Part shown: piece by piece, positions 1 to 12,177 of the stretch | Layout: every line of letters starts with the position of its first letter | Position numbering within the stretch: the stretch's first letter is position 1 | Source: Eledone cirrhosa | Taxonomy: Eukaryota | Assembly (NCBI GenBank): GCA_964016885.1 | Contig: OZ024741.1 | Location: 213,466,001-213,530,000, forward strand | Direction of reading: 5' to 3' | Length of the DNA: 64,000 nucleotides | Translations under genes and position numbers: made by a program | Notes under the pieces: model-generated | Seen by the model: the letters and a program-made list of their open reading frames with translations, nothing else | The model's database searches: none | What the model was told of the DNA's origin: nothing

Positions 1-59
1 GAAATATGTATAATGAAATAAATATGGTTTTATAAATATAGTTTCCATTTATTAATATC

Positions 60-95
<36 letters not shown>

Positions 96-97
<2 letters not shown>

Positions 98-156
98 ATC
101 CCGGGTTCAATCGGGGATAACCACAGTAAGTAGGGTACTCAATACATAGCAGAGTA
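96..156 (-). repeat. Short dispersed repeat tail (also at 17860-17920 and 41163-41230), associated with an HHR-bearing element
   Basis: Reverse complement tactctgctatgtattgagtacc-tacttactgtggtta...ccgattgaacccgg matches the two other copies; a degenerate copy of the 41093 HHR follows at ~165-213. Confidence 0.7.
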
Positions 157-391
157 TAAATAGTTATGATGATTTCTCCCGAATGAAACAACAGTTCTAG
201 TCCTCTAGAAGCCATTTCCATATTAAATAAATATATATAGAATTAAAAAAAAAAAAATGTCTCCCTCTACATGGCTGAATACAATAAATGTAATCTGAGT
301 TTTTCGAATATTAATAATAATATTCGATTCGTTTGCAATTATGAAAAAAAACCTCATTTTTAAAGCCATGTCATTCTTGCTCTTCTATATA

Positions 392-480
392 TTGTTTAAA
401 GCGCTTAGCCGACATCTGAGAGATACGGGTTCGATTCCTCATAGCGCCAGATGTCAACTTTATTTTTCGTCTTTAAGTTT
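392..480 (+). repeat. tRNA-like head (Pol III B-box) of a dispersed repeat; related copies at ~47670-47760 (+) and ~49005-49088 (-)
   Basis: gggttcgattcctcatagcgccagatgtcaact resembles ggggttcggctcctcatagcggccgatggcaact (47702) and the reverse-strand tagttcgattccctatagcagctattggtcaa (~49015-49047). Confidence 0.55.
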
Positions 481-805
481 CTTCATCCAATTTTATAAAC
501 TATTTTATACCATCTCCGCGCATGAGTATTCCACACTTTCTTTTATTAAATATATGTTTATTTCCACTTCAGCAACATCTTTACTAATTAGTTATCTCGT
601 CAAATTACTTTCGCCACACACTCTGTCAAGTACTCAATTATCCGTCGATTGGCGCATTTCTTACTTAAATTACCTTAATTAACTATCAACGCGAGCGCGA
701 GTTATATGGAGATTATTATGTCCATTTCAGAATACTATTGTGAGTGAATGGTATATAAGCCAATCAAATATGTGTCTCATTGTGTTTGTTTAGCTGACAT
801 AACAC

Positions 806-850
806 ACGTTCTGATGAAGGCCCAACTAGATCCGAAAATCGATTAAAGGT
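806..850 (+). ncRNA. Degenerate minimal type I hammerhead ribozyme motif
   Basis: CTGATGA..GG..CC-GAAA-ATCGAT-TA; palindromic stem III (AATCGATT); imperfect stem I acgtt/aaggt. Confidence 0.5.
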
Positions 851-977
851 ATTTGTCATATTTTGAGGGAACTTTGTATTTCGGGCATGTTACTATTGGC
901 GAAGTCTCGGTTAACCATTGTGTATATATACAGATATAACTTTATAATACACACACACACACACGTGTGTGTGTATA

Positions 978-1040
<63 letters not shown>

Positions 1041-1052
1041 GAGATATAGAGA

Positions 1053-1380
1053 TATAATTGAATGTAAAAGAGAGATAAACACAGATATAAACATACATGT
1101 GTTCAAATCGTAAGGGACCAGGTTCGCTAGGGGGGAAAATACTAACTATTAACAATATGCTTTGCCAGACTCAATTTAAAATAATAAATCAAGAAAACAA
1201 ATTCAAACCTATATTGGGCAACTGCCGGAACACGCATTCAGCCTATGGTAGGCTATTTCGCAATTTTTAGCGAAGGGAATTACCAATTCTTTGCACATAG
1301 CATCAGAACCTGGTCCCTTACAATTTGAACACATATATGCTTATATCTGTGTTTATCTCTCTTTTATATTCAATTATATT
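1053..1380. repeat. Inverted repeat, ~75-bp arms with ~180-bp spacer
   Basis: 1053-1126 (gaatgtaaaagagagataaacacagatata...aagggaccaggttc) is the reverse complement of ~1305-1380. Confidence 0.8.
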
Positions 1381-1453
1381 ACACGGCTCAGAAAAACCTA
1401 TTTCTTTGAGCTATTTAATTGTAAGAGACTTTTTTGAGTTTGTAGCTCAATAT

Positions 1454-1496
<43 letters not shown>

Positions 1497-1576
1497 ATAA
1501 ATTAACGGAGCCATAGACTCGCGCTATTCCCTGTCAATAATGTGATCAAAGGAGAAGAAATCCTGAGCTCTTTAAA

Positions 1577-1742
1577 ATACAATATGTTGAAAAGGTAACA
1601 CACTAGAGAGAGATACAGTGCGCCATCAATAAAACAGGGAAAAACCATCACTGTATGGTTATAGATTCCATACACTGGTGGTTTTTCCCTGCTTTATTGA
1701 TAGCGCACTGCATCTCTCTCTAGTATGTTAACTTTTCAACAT

Positions 1743-1749
<7 letters not shown>
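1577..1749. repeat. Fold-back palindrome, ~80-bp arms, ~9-nt loop
   Basis: atacaatatgttgaaaag...ccatcactgtatgg / ccatacactggtgg...cttttcaacatattgtat. Confidence 0.85.
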
Positions 1750-1812
<63 letters not shown>

Positions 1813-2734
1813 CATTTTTTTACGTTTATGTAAGTGTGTGTGTTTGTGTATGCGTATAAGTATACACACATCTTCCTCTATGTGTATCTCTCATTTCCAT
1901 TCTGTTACACTCTATTCTACCCTGGAAGAAATCTGCTGGTTTTTTCAGACCAATGCTCTAGAACGCTCTATACCAATATGGCGCCCCTGCAACTCACTCA
2001 AGAGTTACACAAACATGCATGCAAGTAGCTACGATAAGGCAGATAATTGGCAGAATCATTAGGGTGTTTCATTTAAAATGCGTAGGGTTTCGTTCCGGCT
2101 CCCTTCGTCTGAGGTCAAATTCAACCAAGGTCGAATCTACAGTTCATACTCTCTAGGTCGATAAATAAAGTACCAGTCCGTTTCTGGGTTGATTCTGTTT
2201 CTTTTCTCCGGAAAAGAAATCGACTGAAAACTGATACGATAAGGGATGGGCACTGGTACGTTTAGAATGACAAAAACACACCTTGTGTCAGAATGACATC
2301 CCTACAACTCCAGCAAGAGATAAGGGTCCTTTATTTTACCTATATATCTACAGGCCAGCCCATTTATCCCCATATTTTAGTCACTACATTGTACATTGGA
2401 GATTTCAATTCTAAAGAGATTCCATTCTCTGCTGCCATGTGTGAAACTTGTTGACGTTTATTTATTTATTGCAATAATTCTAAGATTTCTCTTCAATTTT
2501 ATACATCTTTTGTTTGTTTCATTCTCTCTCTCTTTATTTCTCTCTCTCTCTTTCCTCCTTTTTGTCTCTCCCTCACTCTCTTGCCTCTCTCTCTCCCTCT
2601 CTCTCTTTCTCCCTCTATGTCTCTGTTCTTTCCATGCTTCCTTCTTTCATTCTTCTACAGCAGCTAAGTAAACATCCTATCTCTAGTTCAATATTTTATT
2701 TCACCAAAGAATATTCTATTTAACTTGAAATCAA

Positions 2735-3065
2735 CCCCCACCAATCTCCTTCAACCCAATACAACTCCCTACAAACCCCCACCAACCCCATTCAACCCAA
2801 TACAACTCCCTACAAACCCCCACCAACCCCATTCAACCCAATACAACTCCCTACAAACCCCCACCAACCCCCTTTAACCCACCACAACTCCCTATAACCC
2901 CCCCCCCACCTTCAATCCACTACAACTCACTTCATCTCCCCACCAACCTCTGCCAACCCCTCCAACCCACTACAACTCCCTACAAACATCCACCAACCCC
3001 CACCAACCCTCACCAACCCCCTTCAACCCACTACAACTCCCTATAACTCCCACCAACCCCCTTCA
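2735..3065. repeat. C-rich minisatellite (~41-bp unit)
   Basis: Repeats of ccccaccaaccccattcaacccaatacaactccctacaaac. Confidence 0.85.
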
Positions 3066-3521
3066 ATTGTAGCCACACGTAATAAAAACGGAAAATACAG
3101 ACGTTGTAAATTGTAGCCACATGCAATACTAGGTAAAATGCGGATATTGAAATGTGTAACCACAGGTAATACTAGCGAAAATGGAGTTAGTATATTATAG
3201 CCACATGTAATACTAGAGAAAATATGGACGTTCTAAGTTGTAGTCGTACGTAATACTAACAAAAAATGCGGGTTGCAGGTAAGACTAGGAAAAATGCGGA
3301 TGTCGTAAATTGTAACCACACGTAATTCTAGTGAAAATTCAAATTCTAAAAATTGTAACCACAGGCAATAGTGGATAAAATGTGGGCGTTCTAAATTGTA
3401 GCCACATGTAATACTAGCGACAATTCGGATTTTGTAAATTGTAGCCGCAGATAAGACTCGAAAAAATATGGTTGTAAAATGTGGCCGCATAAAATACTAG
3501 GGATAATGCAAATATTTAAAA
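3065..3521. repeat. Degenerate ~38-bp minisatellite, interrupted by a Helitron and resuming at 4882
   Basis: Repeats of aaattgtagccacatgtaatactag..aaaatgcgg; ttgtaaccaca resumes at 4882. Confidence 0.8.
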
Positions 3522-4881
3522 CTAGCTGAATTACCCGGCATTACTCGGGTTACTGCTGTTCTTATTCAAATTAGTAAGCAATAAATATGATATGTTTTTT
3601 CCTCATAATTATTTCAAAATATCTCTATTTTATTTAGAAAATATCAAAATTGTAATGATAATAGAATTTAGAAAGGAAAATCTGTGAATCTTGAAGCACC
3701 TTAGGGTAAACAATATTCATTGTGTAATTCATGTATGTGTGGATACGTGTGTGTATTTAATAACGTACCTAATGAACGGACAAATACACACACACTCACA
3801 GACACTTATATGTTCATATACAAAATGTGATGTCCTATTGTTTTAATCCAAATAAATATAAAGATTATCACACATACACTCACGCATACACTCACACACA
3901 CATACACTCACACACACATAGCACACTCACACACACACATACACTCACACACACATACACACACGCATACACGCATGCATACACTCACACATACACTCAC
4001 ACACACATACACTCTCACATACACTCACACATATACACTCATACACTCACATACACTCACACCCATACACTCACACATACACTCACACACATACACTCAC
4101 TCATACACTCACACACACACATACACTCTTACGTACACACACATACACTCTCACATACACTCACACACACTCTCACATACACTCACATACATACACTAAG
4201 ACAGACACACACAGACATACATTAACGCACACCTGTCTGTCATCACATATGCATCAGTATGTATAGATGTGTGTATGTGTCTTTAAATTGTTTGTGTGCA
4301 CAGTCATATACAAAGTGTGACGTTGTCGTGGTGGTGGTGCTGGTGGTAGTGGTGGCGGTGGTGGTGTTGGTGGCGGTGGTGGTGTTGGTGGTCGTTTACT
4401 ATTGTTGACTAATGAAAATGTCATTATGTCAGTCAACACACATACATACACATACACTGTAACATACATTCACATACATATACTTAGACAGACACATACA
4501 CATACAAAATATAACGCCTACTCTCTCAATACACTCACACACATTATGTGTATGTATGTGTAGATGTGTGTGTGTTTAATTTTCTGAGGTCTAACCTACA
4601 TAACGAACGCACAAACATACACACACACATACATACACTCACACACTCACAGACACATACACAGTCTGTCGACGTCGTTGTCGTCGTCGTGGTTTACTAT
4701 AGTTGATTATAAAAATATTATTTTAGATTTTAGATAAAATCTCATATTGTTTAAATCCAAATGAAAATAAAAATTACATGTTGACGCTCCGGGGGTCTAA
4801 TACCTTGTAACATTTGATTCGATTTGGTCCAGCCGTTAGAGAATGCATACAGACAGACAATGAATTTTATATAGAGAGAGA
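3522..4881 (-). mobile_element. Non-autonomous Helitron containing (CA)-rich microsatellites
   Basis: Minus strand begins TC(TC)n-TATATAAAA and ends with hairpin acccgag..ccgggt + attcag-CTAG; inserted between A(3521) and T(4882) with no TSD. Confidence 0.8.
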
Positions 4882-5406
4882 TTGTAACCACAAGCAGGAG
4901 TGGCAATATCGGTGGAGCGTCAGACAGTATGCTTTTATGGCATAGGGTTACACACCTTTACGATCCGAGTTCAAATACACCCGAGGTTAAATTTGTCTTT
5001 CATTCTTAGAGGGAAGGTTAAAATAAAGTACCAGTAATGCACTGAGGACGATTTAATCGATATTCCATTCCCCAAAATGTTCGGCTTTGTGCCTAAATCA
5101 GAAACCATTACAAGTTAACATGTCGATGTTGTAGATTGTAGCCTGATTGAAAGTATGATAGGGGATGGATACTCCGTCGGTTTCGGCGAGGATCTTTCAA
5201 TTTGTTTGATAAAACTGAAAGTGATAATCATTCAATTAGCGTGTAAAATATATCTCCACCAGGTAATAATTCATGGCAAAGCCTTGTTTGTTAAATTACC
5301 GTGCAAAGTCACTGAACCTTGCAAAGACACGTGTACCAATGAAATATTTCCTAGAGAAAATCAATGCCACAGACACACACAAACATACACACACGCATAC
5401 ACACAC

Positions 5407-5455
<49 letters not shown>

Positions 5456-5620
5456 GTCGATATATACACACATACAGACATATTCACAGATAAAAAAGCA
5501 TATATATATATATATATATATATGCTTATTTGTGTGTGAATATATCTGTGTGTATGCGTGTATATATACCTACAACGGCGATACACACACACGCACATAC
5601 ACAGATATATATATATACAC

Positions 5621-5696
<76 letters not shown>

Positions 5697-6231
5697 ATAT
5701 CACATTAAAAATTATAAACCCATACTATAAACCGTAAAATATAACACCAGAGATAAAACAGCAGAGATAGAAAGAGAAATAAGAGACTCAGCACAAGTGA
5801 CGTCCCTTTTAGCTCTGCCGATTATACATGACGTAGTAATAGGTTTAACTACGCCTGGATAAGCAAGGCGTAAATAGAGCTTTTAACGTAAAATGCGTTT
5901 TATCGTGTAAAAGCATCTTTTTTTTTCTCTATAATTCACTGATAAACAACATCGCTGTATGACATTCACATGCAGTGTATATATGTATATATATATATAG
6001 CTGTGTGTGTGTGTGTGTGTGCGTATGTGAGTATATACGAGTAGATATAGATTTATGTTTGAGTACGCGTGTATGTAAACTATATATGAGTATATATATA
6101 TTTAAATATATTTAAATATTATATATATATCACCCCCACCCCCACCCCGACCCACCCCGCCACACTCAAGAGCGTAAACCTAATAAACCTTTATTTGTCT
6201 GCCTCTCTGTTTTCGTTCCCGTCCAATGTTG

Positions 6232-6297
<66 letters not shown>

Positions 6298-6608
6298 GAC
6301 CGATTCCAACCGTGACCATCCCCACTGAAAGTTTCGTGAAATAGTATTTTAAGACTATACAGAGCATTTGTAGTTTTTCCAAATTGAAGGATGAGTATTT
6401 TAAACTTTATTTTATTCTGAGTTAAGGCTCTATTGATTTTTCCCTGGATTTCACAAAATTCTGTGGATGAATCTATGTCCTGATTCTTTTTGAGATGAGT
6501 TTGAATTATTTTCCCACATCTTACGTTAACTATTTTCCATTTTGACGTTATAGTTTATATATTATGGAATACTGTTGGCTTCTTGTTACAATAATTTCTA
6601 TACTTTTC

Positions 6609-6658
<50 letters not shown>

Positions 6659-6902
6659 ATGTATATATAATGTATTTTGCAATACACTTTATGCTTAATT
6701 AAAAGCATTTTGAAGACCGTAAGCTATTGTTTTAAAGTAGTGACAAATTCACTCACCGTAAAATATAACACCAGAGATAAAACAGCAGAGATAGAAAGAG
6801 AAATAAGAGACTCAGCACAAGTGACGTCCCTTTTAGCTCTGCCGATTATACATGACGTAGTAATAGGTTTAACTACGCCTGGATAAGCAAACAGGGGAGA
6901 TA

Positions 6903-6946
6903 AGCCGACAAGACTTGTTTCGCTTTGGTTGAAGCTTATCAAGGCC
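6903..6946 (-). ncRNA. Type I hammerhead ribozyme, U3-A8 core variant
   Basis: Reverse complement GGCC-TTGATAA-GCTT-caacca-AAGC-GAAA-CAAG-t-CTTG-TC-GGCT; GUC cleavage triplet. Confidence 0.75.
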
Positions 6947-7218
6947 AACTACCCCACCTGTCTGCTGAGACCATTGATGTTATATTCTTATAGAAATCTA
7001 GTAAATAATCAGGAGCTGATTATGCAGAGCGGTTGTTGGTCAGGCAGAAATTAAAAATTAGAATTGGAGCTCTGAAATAGCAATATATATATGGATGTAT
7101 ATATAATGTATTTTGCAATACACTTTATGCTTAATTAAAAGCATTTTGAAGACCGTAAGCTATTGTTTTAAAGTAGTGACAAATTCACTCACTTTGATCT
7201 CAGCAAACAGGGGAGATA

Positions 7219-7262
7219 AGCCGACAAGACTTGTTTCGCTTTAGTTGAAGCTTATCAAGGCC
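7219..7262 (-). ncRNA. Type I hammerhead ribozyme, U3-A8 core variant (copy 2)
   Basis: Same motif as 6903-6946 with one loop II substitution. Confidence 0.75.
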
Positions 7263-7602
7263 AACTACCCCCCCCCCCCCCCTGTCTGCTGAGATCATTG
7301 ATGTTATATTCTTATAGAAATCTAGTAAATAATCAGGAGCTGATTATGCAGAGCGGTTGTTGGTCAGGCAGAAATTAAAAATTAGAATTGAAGCTCTGAA
7401 ATAGCAATATATATATGCTTACGGTCTTCAAAATGCTTTTAATTAAGCATAAAGTGTATTGCAAAATACATTATATATACATCCATATATATATTGCTAT
7501 TTCAGAGCTCCAATTCTAATTTTTAGTTTTTGCCTGACCAACAACCGCTTTGCATAATCAGCTCCTGATTATTTACTAGATTTCTATAAGAATATAACAT
7601 CA

Positions 7603-7699
7603 TTGATCTCAGCAGACAGGTGGGGTAGTTGGCCTTGATAAGCTTCAACCAAAGCGAAACCAGTCTTGTCGGCTTATCTCCCCTGTTTGCTGAGATCAA
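7603..7699 (+). ncRNA. Type I hammerhead ribozyme, U3-A8 variant, with long stem I (copy 3)
   Basis: TTGATCTCAGCAGACAGG..GGCC-TTGATAA-GCTT..AAGC-GAAA-CCAGTCTTG-TC-GGCT..CCTGTTTGCTGAGATCAA; one stem III mismatch in this copy. Confidence 0.72.
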
Positions 7700-7829
7700 A
7701 GTGAGTGAATTTGTCACTACTTTAAAACAATAGCTTACGGTCTTCAAAATGCTTTTAATTAAGCATCAATTGTATTGCAAAATACATTATATATACATCC
7801 ATATATATATTGCTATTTCAGAGCTCCAA

Positions 7830-7936
<107 letters not shown>

Positions 7937-8073
7937 GTGTATTGTTTGAACACCGGCCACAGTTACTCCCCCTGCTCTGCGATAATAACACTTAGGGGAA
8001 GAATGAACTCTGATATTAATTTAACCGCGAAACCCCTCCTGGGTCCTGTATTGATCATTTTTTTTGTTTTCCA

Positions 8074-8116
8074 TGCCCTTGATAAACCGATTCCGGGCGA
8101 AACGTACGTAGGCGCA
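8074..8116 (+). ncRNA. HHR-like motif of an unrelated family, also with a UUGAUAA core
   Basis: TGCCC-TTGATAA-aCCGattcCGGgc-GAAA-CGTACG-TA-GGCGCA; palindromic stem III; GUA triplet. Confidence 0.55.
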
Positions 8117-8163
8117 CTGTTATATAAACATTTCCTAACTGTTTTAAACTCCCTGTATTAATT

Positions 8164-8200
<37 letters not shown>

Positions 8201-8881
8201 AACACATTTAACTTTTGGTGAGTATGTGTAGAGGTAGCTGTGTCTATTTGTTTCATATTTTTCAATCTCACGTGTCTCCATATGTGTGTGTGTGTGTGTG
8301 TGTGTGCGTGTATGTGTGTGTGTGTGTGTGTGCGTGTGCGTGTGTGTGTGTGTGTGTGTATGTGTGTATGTGTGTGTATCTGTGTGTGTATGTAAATATG
8401 TGAGAGTTGTGTTTATATCTAAGAATACATGTTGTGGACTCTGTGTGTACATTTATGTGCGTTAATGTATTTTCATGTCTTTGTATGAAACTGTGTATGT
8501 TTTTCTCTGTGCGTGTGTGTACATCCCTAGGTGTGTTTATGTGTATACATACATGTTTGCTTATACATATACAAAATGTTTAAATGTGTGTGTAATTATA
8601 TGTGGTTCCGTGCGAGTGTGTGTACATCTGTATATGAGGAATTCTCTGTAACTCTATTTAATTAAATTGTTAATTCTCAGTGAATGAAGTTACCTTCATT
8701 CAATGAAGTTAACGTCATTCAATATATTGGACTTTACTCAAGAGCCCCAATGTATATACGCTTTTAAATTGCTAATTGAGCTATAAATCCTCTCGTAATA
8801 TCATAATTCGTTTTCTCCACTTATCAAACTCACCTATATATATATATAGAGAGAGAGAGAGTGCGAATAATTAAGATACAG

Positions 8882-8957
<76 letters not shown>

Positions 8958-8989
8958 TCGAATACTTTAAAGTGTTAAAATACCTCAAT

Positions 8990-9192
8990 CAACTGAGATT
9001 CTTCTTACAATTTCGAAACTGAAATATGTTTCGTTCGTTGTAACAGGACCGTTTACCCACACCATAGGGAATAGCGCATTTAAGAATGCTCCATTCAAAT
9101 GTTAAACAACGTATTTCTGTTCTTAAGGTTTCAAACTAGGTCCACTAACCCCGTATTGTGAACGCATGTTCGATCCATTAAAAAAGCTTGTG
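8990..9192 (-). pseudogene. Penelope-like element GIY-YIG C-terminal remnant
   Basis: Minus-strand translation with stops/frameshifts ...NLKNRN..TFEWSILKCAIPYGVGKRSC parallels TWSVLKRATPY...C of the 12.5-kb Penelope fragment. Confidence 0.5.
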
Positions 9193-9203
9193 TGGATATA
9201 TAT

Positions 9204-9325
<122 letters not shown>

Positions 9326-9511
9326 AGATATATATACATGTATATATATATATAGTATTAAGGATACTATTTATGGTTATGTATATACTAAAACCTTTTA
9401 GAGTTATATATATTTTAAACCCTAAACAGTGAAAGACAGTAATTTATTACTACCTTATTACCAGTAAGATAAATAGCTCAATGTAATAACATCAGTTGTT
9501 CTACAGAGCAG

Positions 9512-10320
9512 TTATATAGAAATTACATGAATCAAAGTTCTGTTCAAACCATTTATTCGCTTACAATTGTTTCTTCCAAACCGAGGTTTGGTGTCTTCGA
9601 AGCAATTTTTCAATGATTGTTTACATACATGACCTCCTTTCCAACACAAGAGACATACAGAAACATATGTATATATCGATGCACAATATTGAATCATCGT
9701 TGATTATGTGAAGGACATATAATCTATATATTACGTTTCCTGGATTGTGAAAATGGTGGTGTATACGAAACCCATAACACTGTTTTGCTTCTCATTTTTA
9801 ATATTTTTAATATTTTTAATATTTCTCTGCACACAAGCTTCTATATCATACATATAAAATACTTTACCAATACAACATCCATAATACTCTTGATTGCCCG
9901 CTTAAAGTGCTTGTATTCCATATAACACCTTACCGCACTATAATCTTATATAAATAAGACACACGTGCATGCCCCACGTGTAACTATTGCATACACTAAC
10001 TACTTCTAACTATCCTCTTGCATCATTTTCGTAAACTGCCAATGTTGTATTTTAACTTTAATTTTGTTGTAATTTTCTTTTAATATGACTTTAATCTTTG
10101 AATGTAAATTGCCATGCTAAAATATTATAATGGATGTCAACCCACTGTGCATCGATATATACATATGTTTCTGTATGTCTCTTGTGTTGGAAAGGAGGTC
10201 ATGTATGTAAACAATCATTGAAATATTGCTCCGAAGACACCAAACCTCGGTTTGGAAGAAACAATTGTAAGCGAATAAATGGTTTGAACAGAACTTTGAT
10301 ACATGTAATTTCTTTCTATA
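9512..10320. mobile_element. Inverted repeat (~175-bp arms, 9512-9684 / 10147-10320), each arm with an HHR-like motif; Penelope inverted-pLTR-like
   Basis: Arms are reverse complements; TTGCT-(C/T)CGAAGA-ca-CCAAACC..GGTTTGG-aa-GAAA-CAATTG-TA-AGCGA at 10226-10274 (+) and 9557-9605 (-). Confidence 0.7.
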
Positions 10321-10461
10321 TATATATATGTGGATATATATATAGGTTGTGAAGAGAGCACCGAGATAGATGTGCCTGTTGTTATGCGTCGCCCCATGGA
10401 GGTGGTTCACGATGTTTTTAGTCAGAATCATGGATGTTCGAATCTCAACATTTCCAATGCA

Positions 10462-11200
10462 GTGTGCCGTGTCACTCTCGTTGTTCCGTGTCACTCTCGT
10501 TGTGTCGTGTCACTCTCGTTGTGCCGTGTCACTCTCGGTGTGCCGTGTCATTCTCGTTGTGCCGTGTCACTCTCGTTGTGCCGTGTCACTCTCGTTGTGC
10601 CGTGTCACTCTCGTTATACCGTGTCATTCTTGTTGCGCCGTGTCACTCTCGTTGTACCATGTCACTCTTGTTGTGCCGTGTCACTTTCGCTGTACCGTAT
10701 CACTCTCGTTGTGGCGTGTCACTCTCGTTTTGCCATGTCACTCTCGTTGTGCCGTGTCACTCTCGTTATACCGTGTCATTCTCGTTGTGGCGTGTCACTC
10801 TCGTTGTGCTGTGTCACTCTCGTTGTACCATATCACTCTCGTTGTGCCGTGTCACTCTCGTTGTGCCGGGTCATTCTCATTGTACCGTGTCACTCTCGTT
10901 GTGCCGTGTCACTCTTGTTGTGCCGTGTTACTCTCGTTATACCGTGTCACTCTCGTTGTGCGGTGTCACTGTCGTTGTGCCGTGTCACTCTCGTTGTGCC
11001 GTGTCACTCTCAAGTTACCGTGTCACTATCGTTGTGCGTGTCACTCTCGTTGTGCCGTGTCACTATCGTTGTGCCGTGTCACTCTCGTTGTGTCGTGTCA
11101 CTCTCGTTGTACCGTGTCACTCTCGTTGTGCCGTGTCACTCTCGTTGTACCGTGTCACTCTCGTTGTGCCGTGTCACTCTCGTTGTGCCTTGTCATTCTC
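10462..11200. repeat. 19-bp minisatellite (gtgccgtgtcactctcgtt)n
   Basis: Roughly 38 tandem units; explains the Cys-rich ORFs in all three plus frames. Confidence 0.95.
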
Positions 11201-11467
11201 AGAGTTTTCAGTCGTTATATGTCGGTTTCTTACCATCAAATTGTTTTGTAGTTTACTGTTGGTACTTATATATATACAAATGGAAGTTCAGCATAATCGA
11301 AGCTCTGGCTGCGGCTATGCTAACGAATGCAATTAGAATGTGCAGCTAAGTACTCAATCAGGTATTTTACCTTAGAATAATAACATTACGTTCAGACAGC
11401 TTGGCAAATTGAAGATTGCGACCAGTAAGCCAGCCGCAAGGTCCAGAGCAACGAGAAAACCAACTCG

Positions 11468-11548
<81 letters not shown>

Positions 11549-11949
11549 CGAAGAGATTGTTTTGGTATAAACAGGAGCAAGCAGGAGAAAGCTCTCAACA
11601 ATCGCAGTTACGATGGAGATTTTTATGAAGGACGATTGGATGGAGAACTATAGAAATAATTATAATGATTAAACGATTTATGTAACCTCAGCATCTTATT
11701 TTGTTATATATATATATACGTTTAGGTTTGTTGATTCACCACTGGATAGAACTGGTCATTCCGTATAGTCAACCTTGATGTAATATTAGGGAGAGCACTC
11801 GACGTAATGCAACTCATCCGTCTTCGTTTGTGTTGTTAGTGGTGCGAGTACGGAGTTAATTATTATAAAATAACAGGAGGCTGGATTGCGGTACTTCTGA
11901 AACTTATCCGACAAAGGAATATAATATTCCTTTGTTGGATAAATTTCGG

Positions 11950-12009
11950 AATACCTGATGATGTCACCGGATTCATACTGAACCCGGTCATTGAAATGTT
12001 CATAGTATT
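11950..12009 (+). ncRNA. Type I hammerhead ribozyme motif inside an element with ~19-bp inverted ends (11867-12053)
   Basis: AATAC-CTGATGA-..ACCGG..CCGGT..-GAAA-TGTTCA-TA-GTATT; flanking aaaataacaggaggctgga / tccagcctcctgttatttt. Confidence 0.65.
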
Positions 12010-12049
12010 ATAAACCTTTAAGGAATTACACCAGTCCAGCCTCCTGTTA

Positions 12050-12086
<37 letters not shown>

Positions 12087-12177
12087 AATTAATAAATTAA
12101 TAAAATAATGAATAAACAAAGAAGCAGTTCCTTATATTAAAAAAATTCATCATTTTACGATCGTTTCTAGGATATAT

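Noticed and set aside
6330-6600. Possible Penelope RT-EN linker remnant on the minus strand
   Set aside because: Only faint motif similarity across several frameshifts; not supportable by eye
7012-7075. Possible opposite-polarity HHR in the 316-nt unit (CTGATTA-TGC..GCA-GAAA)
   Set aside because: G8 is absent without compensation and no stem I closes; an ambisense viroid-like arrangement is not supported
10330-11349. 339-aa Cys-rich ORF and overlapping ORFs
   Set aside because: A 19-bp minisatellite (not a multiple of 3) that lacks stops in all plus frames; also not CRISPR, because there are no unique spacers
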